Assembly: GCA_965218095.1 (NCBI GenBank)
Contig: OZ244587.1
Coordinates: forward strand, 5,088,001-5,152,000
Direction: 5' to 3'
DNA: 64,000 nucleotides
Source: Candidatus Poribacteria bacterium
GTDB taxonomy: Bacteria > Poribacteria > WGA-4E > PCPOR2b
Made by a program: the position numbers and the translations under genes. Every line of letters begins with the position of its first letter. The stretch's first letter is position 1. The notes under the pieces are model-generated. The model had not been told where the DNA came from, ran no database searches, and saw nothing but the letters and a program-made list of their open reading frames with translations. Below, one piece after another: positions 20,730 through 32,472 of the stretch.

Positions 20730-21194
20730 ATGAAAGGATGGCGGGCAAATCTATGAACACCTCATCATCCAAATCCATTTTGATGTTGCACACCCACCGT
20801 TCGCTTATTTTTTCCGAACCCACATCAATTCTGGGTTCGGGCGATCGCCCGTGTTCATCTCGATGTGAGAATGTGCACCTTGATCTGAGAATCTACCATT
20901 TTCAGGGTCAAAATTTATGTGTCATTGTATCTGTCCATACCGTATCTTGTGGGCCTTCCCAAATTTCAAAAACTCACGATCCAAATGAGCGAAAGATGGG
21001 TTGATAGTGCAGCTTCTTTTCGATTTTTCGAATCGCCTGCGGGTTTGTTCGATGGCTTGTGTTATTACCGGTTTGACATCTGTGAAGAGTTGTGGTGTTC
21101 TATTGATGGTGGGTTGCTTTCTTGAATGTTGCAAGGAATTAGAATACCCGAATCCTTATGGAACCCGCAATCTCTTTTATTTGTTGCCAATACT
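20730..21194 (-). mobile_element. Degenerate IS end / transposase 5' fragment (copy 2, longer)
   Basis: Homologous to 7107-7302; broken ORF continues to ISERWVCNIKMDL (HTH-like); lower GC than neighbours. Confidence 0.6.
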
Positions 21195-21268
21195 CCAAAG
21201 GCACCAAAACTGCCAGAGACTTATATCACCTGAGAATACCCACAATGCTTTTGCTTGATGGCGTCAAT

Positions 21269-24200
21269 ATGCCCGAACGTCTTTCTCTTTATGCCCTTCT
21301 ATTGTTGTGCGTCGCCAAGTCAGTGAGCACGGACGTGCTGGCAGGTCGCCACGACGGCGCCTACCTGCACAAGGTGAGCACGGAAGTCCGCACCCCGCAC
21401 ACCAGGTGGCTCAGGCCCAGTGCCAGACCCGGGCCGCGGGTGCTCTTCATGGTCCGCCGGTCTGACCGGCACCGGGAGTTGGCCGCCCGTGACATCGTCG
21501 AGGTGTGGCAGCGGATGGACATCAACTTCGAGGCCTACATCTTAGATGTTCGCACAGTCGAGCAAGCGGCATACACCGCGACATACTTGGGCAACATCGA
21601 AGGCTCGCGGCCCGAAGAGAAAATGCATGAGGCCGTCCAGCGTCTCTCGGCGGACTACGATGCCATGGTGCTAATCGGCTTCGATGTAGCGTGGCTTCCG
21701 GAGGAGGCCCAGACCCTCTTTCTGCGAAAGCTCGAAGCTGGTTGCGGTTTGGTGCTGGCCGAGTCCCCAGTTCCCGCGAAGCTAAAGCTGAAGTTGGCAC
21801 CCACGGGAGCGGACTTTCTCGCGGGACTGCCCCTGACGCAGATCCCTGGGTACGGCGGCGAAGAGCGTGCTCTGGGCGTGGAGGTGCCGAACTGGCCTGA
21901 GGCGGCCCGCCAGGCGGGGATGGCCCATCTGCTTTCCGGCACGCGGGTGGCCGTCGTCAACCCCAACGGCTACGGCGTTGATCCCGAAGACGAAGTCTAC
22001 CATGACTACTGCGCGGCCATCTACATCCGCGCGCTCCAGTGGGTGGTGCCGAGCCTGTCACCGGAGTTCGTCTGGTCGAACCTGCCGGAGGGTGCCTTGC
22101 TGCCGCGCGCCACCCTCCCGGCCGCGCTCACTCTCGGCCTGCGCTCGAGGTGACAGCAGGCCGCTGCGGTCGCGGTGGAGTACTGCATCCGCAACCAATA
22201 CGAGGAGGTCCAGCAGCAGGGCGTCCTGGACCTAACCCTCAATCCGGGCGAGGGCAGGGTCTTGATATCCGTGCCCGTATTGCCGGCCGGCCGCCATTTC
22301 CTGGATGTCTGGATCAAGACTGAGGGGAAGATCGAGCAGTTCGGCAGCGTGGGCTTCACGGTGACGGACCCGGTGCGGATTACCGCCGTGGAGTTCGACA
22401 CGCCGTTCCATCGCCTGGGTGACGTATCTGCCGAGGTGATGGTAAAGTTCAGCGCGCCGCCGGTTCCGGGCTCAGCAATGCGCATCATGGCGACCGACAC
22501 CTACGGGCGGCGCATTGCCGACGTGAGGGCGCCGGTGGTGGAGGGAGCGCAGGAGGCGAAGGCGACGCTGCCCATGGCCCACTGGGTGTGGGCCGAGTTG
22601 ACACTCGAGGACACGGTGCTCGACCAAGACCAGGAACTGCTCATCACAGCCCGTTCTCATCCGCCGGAGTATCCTGCCCTGCTGTGGGAAGCTGCGAGAG
22701 GGGGGCTGCATGGGCTACGCCTGCTGCGGCGCCAGCGCGACATCGGCTTCAACCTGACGCTCACGGGCGCGGGCTCCCAAAAAGCCCGGTTCGCGGCCCT
22801 GGCCGACATGCAGCTGGTCATCTACGCCACGCGCATCGGGGGTGTCAGCGATGGCCAGGATGGCTGGGCCACCAACCCGGACTACATGGCAAACCTGGCC
22901 GAGGAAATCGTCAATGGGTGCCGTGTGAACGCGCAGTACGGCCCCTACGTCTACTCCCTCGGTGACGAGTGCAGCATGGGATCTCCCGGGCAGAGAATGG
23001 CGCCCACCGACGTGGCGGCCTACCGGGAGTTTCTGGAGGGCCGCTACGCCGATATCGGCGAGTTGAACCGGGCGTGGCAGACGACCTACGGGTCGTTCCG
23101 CGAGATCGAGCCGATCGACTGGGCGAAGGCGGAGGGAGCCCACAACTACCCGCGCAAGCACGAGCGCATGGCGTTCTTCGAAATGCTCTACGCGAAGATG
23201 ATGCATGCCCTGGACGACGCGCTCACGCGGATGGACCCGGGGGCCAGGGTCGGCGCGGAGGGCTCGCATCCAGGCGACCTAGAGCTGACGCTCGAGGGGC
23301 TGGAAATGTGGGGGCCTTACCATAACCGGCGGATCGCCGTGCTGCTAGCCTCGCTGGCCGACAAGGACGTGGTGCGTGGCATGTGGTGGGGTGGGTACCA
23401 TGGCGCCTTTTTTGACCGTTGGACTGTAACCGATCGGTTCTGGACGCCGGTGTTCGAGGGGGTGTGCAACACCAACTACTTCTTCAACGGGCAAACCGGG
23501 AATCACGAAGCCAATTGCGCGTCCGACATGAGCTGGGCCGACTACTTCGAGCGCGGCATCCCGGAGCTGCACACGATCTACGAAACGCCCGGGCCGCTGA
23601 TCGCAGCGGCAGAGCCGGCGGACATGGGGGTGGTGCTCCTGTGGTCGCAGGCTTCCGAGCACATGGCGCGCTTGTACATGCCCTTCGCTGCGGGCAAACC
23701 GGCGGACGACGCTGTTGGCGTGGAGCGTCGGGGCGAGATGGGGGCTCAGTTCGCGATGCTCCACGCCAACGGCATCAGCTACCAAATTGTGACCGACCGC
23801 CAGGTGGATCGAGACGGACTAGACCCCGCCAGGGTTCGCCTGCTGCTCCTGCCCATGACAACGGCCCTCCGCACCCGGACAGCAGAGCGCCTAGCCGAGT
23901 ATGTCCGGGGCGGTGGTGTGCTCCTGTCCACGGGATCCACCGGTCTAATGGACGGCCATTGCTCCCTCCAAGCGAAGGGCCAGTTGGACGAGCTTCTGGG
24001 GGTCCGGCGCGCGGGCGGGCCGAACGTAACGCGCGTCCGGGCAGCCGGGCGCTGCAACGTGTTCGGGACTGAGATCGAGCTGCAAGTCGAAGACATGCAG
24101 GCCGATGCATCACTCCAGGCGGCGGAAGGTCAGACTGTACTGGCGGCCGGCCATGTCCCGCTTATCGTGGCTCGCGAGCTAGGTCGGGGCGCCGTGGTTC

Positions 24201-24814
24201 ACCTGAATGGATGCTACGGAGACCTCATCACCCGGGGCGCGGAAGGGGTGGCAGCGGCGCGCGCGCTGACAGCGGCCCTGCTAGGGCGCGCCGGTGTGCC
24301 CCAGCCCTTCACGTTGTTGCCGCCGGGTGGCGCCCGCGTGTACATGTTTACACTAGGCAAGGTGCGCCTGTTGTCCGTGATTCGCACTTCCGCGGGGCCG
24401 CTCTCCATCAAGCTCGCCTCCACCGCATACGTCTATGACGCGATGCGGGCGAAGTCTCTCGGCCGGCGCGACACGATCATCGTACCCGAGGACAGCCGGG
24501 GCTACGAGCTCTTCTGTTTGGCGAATGTGGAGCTGGCAGCCCCGGCGTTGCAGTGCCCACCGAAAGCGCGGCGGGGGACGCGAGTTGTGGTTCATGCGAA
24601 GCTGCCGAACAGCGCCGGCCGCCTGTTGCAGATGGACGTCTACGACCCCGAAGGCGAGTGGCGGCGCCCCTATCGCCGCTTCGCCGAGGTCGGTGGGGGC
24701 GCCGCGGCGTTCAGCGTGCCTGTGGCATTCAACGATCCGCCCGGCGCATGGACCGTGCGCGTAACCGACCTTGCGTCGGGCGGCGTAGCCCAGGCCCAAG
24801 TGCGGGTCAAGTAG
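21269..24814 (+). pseudogene. Large secreted beta-galactosidase-like protein (GH42-type with trimerisation domain), split by one in-frame TGA
   Basis: ORFs 21158-22153 and 22175-24814 share a frame, with TGA at 22151. Motifs YSLGDE, YADIGELNRAWQTTYGSF, LAEYVRGGG, FNDPPGAWTV. Confidence 0.75.
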
Positions 24815-25125
24815 AGGTAGCCCGGCTCGTTCGGGGGATGGAACGCGACCTGCGCGTGAGGTTGCTCGCCCGGGGCGTTTGCGGATTCGGTCGAGCATTC
24901 CCGCGTCCCGCGCACGGCTCTTCAGTGGATCTGCAGCCCATTAACGTAAACCGATGGCCTGCTGCTGGCAGCCGCGCCCACCAGGGCTCTTGGGCTGGCG
25001 CGCCAGAAGAGATCAATGAGCAAGATTTCTGGGATTTTCAACACCCCGACCTTCCCAGGAGGCTACGTTGCCCTGAGGAAAACGGGGAAGTCGGGTCACT
25101 AAAATCAAGCGAAGGAGGATCAGAA

Positions 25126-25944
25126 ATGCTGCAACTGTCGGTATGCATCGAGTGGATCTTCGAGGATCGGGATTTCCCGGCACGGATTGATGCCGTGGCA
25201 GAGGCCGGTCTGCCGGCTATCGAATTCTGGGGGTGGCAGGACAAAGACCTGCCGGCGATCATTGAACGTAAAGAGCATCATGGGCTGGCAGTGGCGACGG
25301 TGAGTCTGGATCCACCTGTGTATTTACTTGATGGCGATGCCATCCCGGCCTTTGTCCAAGGGGTGCGTGAATCCTGCCGAATCGCACAGCAACTGGATTG
25401 CGAGACGTTGACGACGGATTTGCAGGACATACCGTTCGGCGCCGGCCAGCCCTGGTACAGTTTCTTGGCCAACGAAGGGCAAAGGGCACTTCGCCAGATC
25501 CAACGCGACAACATTGTGCGTGCCTTCAAAGCGGTGGCGCCCATCGCCGAAGGTGAAGGCATCACGCTTCTGCTGGAGCCACTGAACACGCTGGATCACG
25601 GTGGCTACTTTCTGGCGTCTTCGCAGGAAGGCTTCGAAATTATCCAGGAAGTCGGTAGTCCGGCGGTCCGATTGCTCTTCGACGTCTATCATCAGCAGAT
25701 CACTGAGGGCAATCTGATAAACAACCTCACTCGCCACATTGACCTGGTCGCACATCTGCATGTGGCAGATGTCCCTGACCGCCGCGTGCCAGGGACCGGG
25801 GAGATCAACTTCCTGAACGTGTTGGAGGCGGCCAAACACGCTGGTTACGACGGGTACGTGGGCTTGGAATACATGCCTCGCGGCGATGACAGCGCCTCGC
25901 TGGAACCCATCCGCCAAATCGTTGATCAAGTCAATCGTGGCTAA
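25126..25944 (+). CDS. Hydroxypyruvate isomerase-like TIM-barrel protein (AP_endonuc_2)
   Basis: AIEFW, LLEPLN, FDVYHQQITEGN, ADVPDRRVPGTGEIN; AGGAGG RBS. Confidence 0.88.
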   Translation: MLQLSVCIEWIFEDRDFPARIDAVAEAGLPAIEFWGWQDKDLPAIIERKEHHGLAVATVSLDPPVYLLDGDAIPAFVQGVRESCRIAQQLDCETLTTDLQDIPFGAGQPWYSFLANEGQRALRQIQRDNIVRAFKAVAPIAEGEGITLLLEPLNTLDHGGYFLASSQEGFEIIQEVGSPAVRLLFDVYHQQITEGNLINNLTRHIDLVAHLHVADVPDRRVPGTGEINFLNVLEAAKHAGYDGYVGLEYMPRGDDSASLEPIRQIVDQVNRG

Positions 25945-25960
25945 AATGAGGAGGTAAACT

Positions 25961-27010
25961 ATGGACAAGGTCAGAATCGGAATCTTGGGGACAGGCGTCA
26001 TCATCCGTGGTTCCCATCTGCTAACATTGCAAAACCATCCCCAGGCAGAGGTGGTGGCTGCGGGAAACCTGCATGCTGAGTCTTTAAGCCGTCTGGCTGC
26101 GGACTTTAATATTCCCAAGACGTATACTGACTTTGCCGAGATGGCCGCCGACCCCAACATTGATGCGGTCGTCAACGGGTTGCCTAACTACCTCCACGCG
26201 CCGGTGACGATCCGGATGCTGGAGGCGGGTAAGCATGTGCTCTGCGAGAAGCCGATGGCTATGACGGTTGCCGAGGGGGGAAAAATGATAGAGGCCACCC
26301 GTCAAGCTGAGCGCAAACTGATGATTGGCCACATTTGGCGCTTCGACCGAGAGATTGTCTGGTTGCGTAACGTGGTGACCAGCGGCAAATTGGGTAAAAT
26401 CTTCAAGGTGAAGTCTCACGAAGTCCTGATTTATGATGTTTTGGGTGAAGACCCTCCGACGACGAGCTGGTTCGTCAAGCGCGAACTCGCCGGGGGGGGT
26501 GCCCTCACTGATATGGGTGTCCACTCTTTCGATACGCTACGCTTTGTGCTGGGAGACGCTCGTCCAACAAAGGTATTTGCCAGGGTTGGCACCTACTTCA
26601 CGGATATTGAGCTAGAGGATACGGCTACGTTGTTCCTTGAATTTGAGGGCGGTATTGCCGCCCTGATTGAGGCCGGCTGGTATAACCTTTACGCCGATGA
26701 AATGCAGGGATACACCCAGGTATTTGGTACGAAGGGTTACGCCCGGGCCGTGCCATCGGAACTTCGCATGTCCGTCGAAGGGGAGTGGAGTGTCATCCAT
26801 CCGAAGGTGCCACAGCGCCAGCGACAGGAAGACTTACCGGCATTTCAAGCGCAGATGGATCATTTTCTGGATTGTGTCCTGAACGATAAAGAGCCGACCC
26901 CAGGCGGCATTGATGGGTTGTGGACCATGCGGGTGTTGGAAGCGGCCTATCGCTCTGCCGATATAGGCGAAGCAGTGACGATAGAGGAGAATAGCAACTA
27001 TGAAGGGTAA
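25961..27010 (+). CDS. Gfo/Idh/MocA family oxidoreductase
   Basis: GILGTG, KHVLCEKPM, GGGALTDMGVH. Confidence 0.92.
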   Translation: MDKVRIGILGTGVIIRGSHLLTLQNHPQAEVVAAGNLHAESLSRLAADFNIPKTYTDFAEMAADPNIDAVVNGLPNYLHAPVTIRMLEAGKHVLCEKPMAMTVAEGGKMIEATRQAERKLMIGHIWRFDREIVWLRNVVTSGKLGKIFKVKSHEVLIYDVLGEDPPTTSWFVKRELAGGGALTDMGVHSFDTLRFVLGDARPTKVFARVGTYFTDIELEDTATLFLEFEGGIAALIEAGWYNLYADEMQGYTQVFGTKGYARAVPSELRMSVEGEWSVIHPKVPQRQRQEDLPAFQAQMDHFLDCVLNDKEPTPGGIDGLWTMRVLEAAYRSADIGEAVTIEENSNYEG

Positions 27011-28289
27011 ATTGGCAATCAACGACGGGCCACGTGCCGTTCCGGAAGGGTTGAAGAAACAATGGCCCAATATCACCCAGGCGGACAAAGATGCCGTCAT
27101 GGCGGTGCTGGATCGCAACGTTCTCACCGGCCACGACCACGGTCCGGAGACGGCTGCTTTTGAGAAGGAATGGGGTGAATTCACCGGCAGCAAACACGCC
27201 CTGGCTTTCAACAGCGGTACGGCGTCGATACACACCGCCCTATTCGCAGCTGGCGTACAGCCCGGCAACGAGGTCATCACCACGGCCTTCTCTTTCTCGG
27301 GTAGTTTCCAACCCATTTTGCAACAGCATGCGATCCCGATCTTTGTGGACATCGACCCACGCACCTACAACATTGATGTGAGCCAGATAGAGGCTAAGAT
27401 TACGGATCTGACCAAGGTGCTGCTGCCGGTCCATATCCACGGACTGCCGGCCGATATGGACGCTGTCCTAGCTCTGGCCGAAAAGTACAACCTCATCGTC
27501 GTCGAGGATGCCTGTCAGGCCCATGGGGCGACTTACCAGGGGAAGATGGCGGGGACGATTGGGGACATGGGCTGCTTTAGCCTGAATGCGACCAAGAACC
27601 TCGCTGGTGGTGAGGGTGGGTTCCTCCTGACCGATAACGAGGAATTCGCTGAGCGGGCGAAGTTGCTACGTACCTTTGGCGAGAAGGTCGGGCAGGAGAA
27701 AGAGAAGTTTCGGCCCTACTACTGCTACACCATCGGCTGGAACTACCGTCTCCAGGAGCTGCCGGCCGCCTTCGCCCGCAGCCAGTTGAAACGATTGCCG
27801 CAGTACAACGCCATCGCTCAGCGCAACGGCGAGTACCTGAGCCAAGAATTGGGCAAGATCGAGGGGCTGCTCCCGCCCCACGTGCCGGGAGACCGGACGA
27901 CGGTGTATCACAAATATCGCCTCCGCTTCGATCCGGATGGGTTAGGGTTGAAGATGCCGGCCGTCAAATTTCGGGACAAGCTGCTGGACGCATTGGATGC
28001 TGAGGGCGTGGCGGTGGGGCTTTGGCACTACACCCCGATGCCCTCGTTCCCTATCTTCCAAAACCTCGATATTGGGTACAGCAACGGCTATCCCTGGCGC
28101 TCTCCATACTACGACAGGGAGATCACTTACAATCCGGAAGACTATCCGGAGGCAATTCGCCTGCTGGAGACGTCTCTGGTCGTCAACGACGAGCAGTATT
28201 CCATCTTTATCCAAGATATGGAATTGATGGAGTGCTACGTGACTGCCTTCCGCAAAGTCTTCGACAACCTGGATGAGCTGCTGGTATGA
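27000..28289 (+). CDS. DegT/DnrJ/EryC1/StrS PLP-dependent aminotransferase
   Basis: NSGTAS, VEDACQAHGA, FSLNATKNLAGGEGG. Confidence 0.94.
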   Translation: MKGKLAINDGPRAVPEGLKKQWPNITQADKDAVMAVLDRNVLTGHDHGPETAAFEKEWGEFTGSKHALAFNSGTASIHTALFAAGVQPGNEVITTAFSFSGSFQPILQQHAIPIFVDIDPRTYNIDVSQIEAKITDLTKVLLPVHIHGLPADMDAVLALAEKYNLIVVEDACQAHGATYQGKMAGTIGDMGCFSLNATKNLAGGEGGFLLTDNEEFAERAKLLRTFGEKVGQEKEKFRPYYCYTIGWNYRLQELPAAFARSQLKRLPQYNAIAQRNGEYLSQELGKIEGLLPPHVPGDRTTVYHKYRLRFDPDGLGLKMPAVKFRDKLLDALDAEGVAVGLWHYTPMPSFPIFQNLDIGYSNGYPWRSPYYDREITYNPEDYPEAIRLLETSLVVNDEQYSIFIQDMELMECYVTAFRKVFDNLDELLV

Positions 28290-28631
28290 TATGAGAGGGG
28301 TATTATCCGCCATCTTCACAGCGAATTTAAGGCTTGCCCTGAGCGTGTCGAAGGGATTAAACGAATTTTGCCCGACAATTTCACAGGCTTACGAGCTTGC
28401 CCTGGCGCGCAAGCTGATCGCTTGTCTGCGGGAGGACTGCTTCACGCCGGAGGGCGGATTTCTGTGTCTCTCGAACCTGCCGGCGTGCGCACACTTCCAC
28501 GCCCGCGCGAACAGGGGGCACCTGGATCGCCTTGAATCGGGCTTCGCAACTCGATCCCTCGACTCTGCAAAACGGAGACCACCTCATCGATAGGTTGGCT
28601 GACACTAAACCCGACAGAAAAGGAGAAGCAG

Positions 28632-29342
28632 ATGGCAAGACCAATCGAGAAGTTATTCCGCGCTCCCTACGCGGTACCCAATGGGCTACAGGTGACGGAT
28701 GAAGGCCTGTGGATTGTAGACCAGATTACCGACCGGGTAGCTCTGGTAGAGATCTCCGATCCCTCGGATTACGGAGTGACCAAACTGATCCGGGATATTC
28801 CGAGTGAATCCTCCAATACCAGCGGCCTCGCCTATGGCGGTGGGGCGCTCTGGTTAGCGGCGAATGGCCAAGGAGGCGGGTGGCGACTGGCACGGCCGAC
28901 CGATGCCAAGCCGAGCCTGGGAGAGATCATCAAAATCCATCCACAAACTGGGGAGACCTTGCAACGGTATCCGATACCGGATGGCGGCGGCACACACGGT
29001 GTAGAATACGACCACTATGAAGAGGGTTATCTCTGGGTTGAAACGCTCAAACATCAGATCTTGCACAAGGTGCGGATTTCGGACTGGTCTGTGCAGCATT
29101 CGATTTCCTTGCCGTATGGACGAGCGCACGGTGTGGTACGGGTGGAAGACGGTATCTGGGTGGTACATACGTCCGACCGAGTCATCGTCAAGCTGGATCT
29201 GGAAGATGGCTCAGAATTGGACCGAATCGTCGTGCCGGCGTCAGATCCGGAACCGCACGGACTGTCCATTTTTGGCGAGGATTTTCTCTACTGCGACGCG
29301 AGCTCCGGGTGGGTGACGAAGATTATACTTAGCACCGCATGA
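28632..29342 (+). CDS. Beta-propeller hypothetical protein (Vgb/glutaminyl cyclase-like)
   Basis: Repeated PNGL/SGLAY/HGVEY/PHGLS blades followed by LW. Confidence 0.7.
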   Translation: MARPIEKLFRAPYAVPNGLQVTDEGLWIVDQITDRVALVEISDPSDYGVTKLIRDIPSESSNTSGLAYGGGALWLAANGQGGGWRLARPTDAKPSLGEIIKIHPQTGETLQRYPIPDGGGTHGVEYDHYEEGYLWVETLKHQILHKVRISDWSVQHSISLPYGRAHGVVRVEDGIWVVHTSDRVIVKLDLEDGSELDRIVVPASDPEPHGLSIFGEDFLYCDASSGWVTKIILSTA

Positions 29343-29484
29343 AATTGCGCTTTGAAACCTTCGCAAGGGTCGGCCCCTAAAAAAGCTCAATTTCTGGCGG
29401 CGGGCAGTATAATTGATCGAACGGCGTATCATTCACGGTATGCGCTCCTAAATAGTGCTATTCAGTAATTGATTCGATAAACCG

Positions 29485-30387
29485 CTACAGTGGGCGCAGT
29501 TCGACCAGCCGGTACTCGCCAGCGTAGCCAGGCGCCGCCACGTACTGCACAGCTTGCAGGCTGATGGCGTCCACATGCGGGAAGTGGATATGCCCACAGA
29601 GAATTGCCACTAAGTTCTCCGCGTTGGCAACAAGCCGCACGAACTCCAGCGTCGCCGGTGCGTCTTCGCCGATACCCAACCGCCGGCGATCTGCCAGCGG
29701 CCAATCCGGATCGCCAAGCAGAACTGGGGACTGCATTTTCTCGATCGTCGGATCGCGCAGCGTTGGAAGACTCAAAGGGATGTGCGTCAGGATGATCGTC
29801 GGCAGCCCGGCTGCCAGGCCCTTGCGTGTGAATTCCAGTTGGTCTTCACTGATCTGGTAGGTCGAATCGTCAACAGCCAAGAAACGAACCCCGCTGATGT
29901 CTCTGATTGAGTAGTCTGCCTGGCCTGCATGCAACCATGCCAATGCCGGCAACCATGCTTCTCGTAAAATCGCAGGAGGAGCGGTTCCGTCCACTGTTGG
30001 GAATATCCAATCGTGATTGCCGGCGGTGTAGAGCATCGGTGCGCCGGCAATCTCTACCCCTGCGATAACGCCACCCACATTCGCCTGAGATGGAAAATCG
30101 ATGATGTCGCCGGTCAGGGCAATCAGATCCAACGCCTGAGAACTCGCGGCGACCATCATATCGGTAAACGCCTTCTCTGGGGTGATAGGCTTGCCCTGCG
30201 CGTCCCGGTTCTGGTGACGATGGCCAAAGCGATTGCTACGCCCGCGACAGGTCGCAACGTGCTCCGCGTCCCGGTCGTCAATTAGAGCCATATGTGTGTC
30301 TGCTACATGCAGGACACGCACCGGCTGAGTCAATCCTTCGACACCTATGGTGGCGCTGAGATCTGTCCATGAATGGACTATACGCAT
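29485..30387 (-). CDS. Calcineurin-like metallophosphoesterase
   Basis: ADTH, TGD, GNHD, THIP, GHIH. Confidence 0.9.
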   Translation of the reverse strand: MRIVHSWTDLSATIGVEGLTQPVRVLHVADTHMALIDDRDAEHVATCRGRSNRFGHRHQNRDAQGKPITPEKAFTDMMVAASSQALDLIALTGDIIDFPSQANVGGVIAGVEIAGAPMLYTAGNHDWIFPTVDGTAPPAILREAWLPALAWLHAGQADYSIRDISGVRFLAVDDSTYQISEDQLEFTRKGLAAGLPTIILTHIPLSLPTLRDPTIEKMQSPVLLGDPDWPLADRRRLGIGEDAPATLEFVRLVANAENLVAILCGHIHFPHVDAISLQAVQYVAAPGYAGEYRLVELRPL

Positions 30388-30469
30388 TCTCGATTCTCCT
30401 ATAGTCTCGAATATGTTCTTTTCACTTTCGGGCTGGTTCCTGACAAAAGTGGCTCAAATGGGGGTCATC

Positions 30470-31615
30470 TCACCTGCCCGGTTCTACCTCTACTCTCCGA
30501 GGACTGGAATTGGTATCAGATCTCTCGCTGAACTGACCCACCCGACGCAGCATCCCCACACCGGATTCTCGTAGGGAGATCGGGAATCGAACCGGCTGAT
30601 TGCCCTGCTGTTGAGATTGGTAGATGGCCATGACCATCTCCAATGAGCGGCGGCCGACCCGGCCATCGCTGCGCAATTCTCCCTGGCCTTCCATGGCTGT
30701 GATGAGTTCATCCAAGGCGGCGACGTAGGTGGAAGTCGGGGCAGGATGGATGGCTTCCTTGGATTGCAGGGAACTCCACTGGAAGCCGCTGTCCGGTTCG
30801 TAGACATCCTGTTCTGCTTGGAAAAGATGGACGCAGTCTTGGTCAAAGCGGATGATGCCTTGAGCGCCGCGGAGTTCAAACGTGCTGTCTGTGTACTCAG
30901 TTAGTTCGGTGGCATGAATCACACCCGTGACACCATTTTTGAATTTCATGAACGCGGCGCTGAAGTCCTCGACCGCCCAGGGCCGCATGCGCTGCTCGGC
31001 CATACCGCAAAGCCAGTCTACCTCGCCGGCGTACATATCCATCAGGTCGAAGTAGTGGGTGAAGTCGTGGAGCAGGGGGCCTTCGTTCTCGCTGCGCCAC
31101 CAGGGGGCGGGTTTGCCTCCATCTATGTAGCAGTACACATGGTTTAGATCGCCGATGGCGCCGTCTGCCAACAAATCCAGGCCGAGGTTCCACTCTGGAT
31201 GCCAGCGACGGTTGTGGTTAATTTGCAGGAGAACGCCAGCGGTATCACAAGCGTCAATCATGCGATCACATTCATCCAGAGAAAGGGCCATCGGCTTTTC
31301 ACAGATGATTGCTTTGGTGGAGGGAGCTGCGGCACAACCGAGGACCATATCACAGTGCAGTTCGGGGTGGGTGGCGACGATGCAAATATCCGGTTTGATC
31401 GCCTCCAGCATCTGGTGGTAGTCGTGATACAGGGCTTGGACATGATAGCGTTTGCCAAAATCTTCAAGTTTGTCGCGTCCCCGATTGACGCCCGTTGCCA
31501 GTTCGCAGTGTTCGCTTTGCTGAGCTGCATCCGCGTGGTTGTCGGGTAGGTCGCCGAAGCTAAACTGGTACGCCACTCGCCCGGTGCCAATCAGCGCAAC
31601 GCGGTATTTTTTCAT
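30470..31615 (-). CDS. Gfo/Idh/MocA family oxidoreductase
   Basis: IGTGRVA, CEKPMA, HDFTHYFD. Confidence 0.9.
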   Translation of the reverse strand: MKKYRVALIGTGRVAYQFSFGDLPDNHADAAQQSEHCELATGVNRGRDKLEDFGKRYHVQALYHDYHQMLEAIKPDICIVATHPELHCDMVLGCAAAPSTKAIICEKPMALSLDECDRMIDACDTAGVLLQINHNRRWHPEWNLGLDLLADGAIGDLNHVYCYIDGGKPAPWWRSENEGPLLHDFTHYFDLMDMYAGEVDWLCGMAEQRMRPWAVEDFSAAFMKFKNGVTGVIHATELTEYTDSTFELRGAQGIIRFDQDCVHLFQAEQDVYEPDSGFQWSSLQSKEAIHPAPTSTYVAALDELITAMEGQGELRSDGRVGRRSLEMVMAIYQSQQQGNQPVRFPISLRESGVGMLRRVGQFSERSDTNSSPRRVEVEPGR

Positions 31616-31761
31616 GGTTTACTCCTTGGTTAGTTTAGGCGCTTACGTACTTCATATTGAAACAGTGTCGTGTTACCTGAATCGTAGATTGATCGGAATC
31701 AAGTGCGTAATTCCTATTATGGACTTATGCTAGTTTTTTAGGATGTAGATGTCATGTGATT

Positions 31762-31900
31762 TGTAGTAGCGCAATTGCCCTGCTACGCGGGATTCAAAAC
31801 TTCTTAGTCCTTGATGCTTCATCGGGAGCAACTTGCATCCCGATCCATCGGGGTCATTGCGCGCCTCCCCGTGACGTGCGATGAATCGCACGACTACGAA
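31762..31900. repeat. Pair of GTAG-type REP elements, one interrupted by CCCGAT-ATCGGG repeats
   Basis: GTAGTAGCGCAATT...CATTGCGCG split by an insert ending CCCGATCCATCGGG; inverted CGTGCGATGAATCGCACGACTAC. Confidence 0.55.
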
Positions 31901-32472
31901 CGAAACTAAGATCCTATTGGTGTTGAGTTTGTTGATCAGTATCACCACCTTGATACCGACTGCTATGGTATCCGAGCGATTGCCAATTGGAGAACCCCTT
32001 GAGCCAACCGATCAATCACGTCTGGGTCGTTGTAGATTTTTGCCAGCACCAGGTCAAGCGTAAAAAATCGACGAATTGAAGGCAGAAGGGCGGCCGTTTT
32101 CGAAGTTATTGCAGCAAATCGCTTCCATCTACAATCAATCGCTGACCGCGTATCATCCGCCAATCGACGATAGACCAGTTTTTCTGTCGAATGGCGTTTT
32201 TTCACCCTCCGAAACAACGCCATCAAGTTCAAATTTTCCACCGGAAGAGTTGAAAATACATGGCCTATCTGGTCCCCACGCCTAATCTTTATGCCATCAA
32301 TCTTGTGCGTATGACCCCAACTTTGAGTGTTAGCGTTTGAAATTTTCTTCGGTTTCCTGTTACAATAATTGGGTTAAAACACAGAAACTTCTCGGCCAGA
32401 TGATTCAGAGGATACCGATTAAAGAGCCCGCCTATCTTCAAGCGGATCACTCCCACCAAACCGGTATAAAAT

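Noticed and set aside
19912-20823. 303-aa minus-strand ORF and other long antisense ORFs (25324-26175, 50086-51036)
   Set aside because: Shadow ORFs of well-supported genes in GC-rich DNA; only the first codons of this one belong to the IS remnant.
22151-22190. Selenocysteine recoding of the TGA
   Set aside because: Not a redox enzyme, no Cys-like context, and the downstream stem is unremarkable in GC-rich DNA.
24553-25125. N-terminal extension of the isomerase ORF
   Set aside because: It overlaps the upstream gene; the real start is at 25126 with an AGGAGG RBS.
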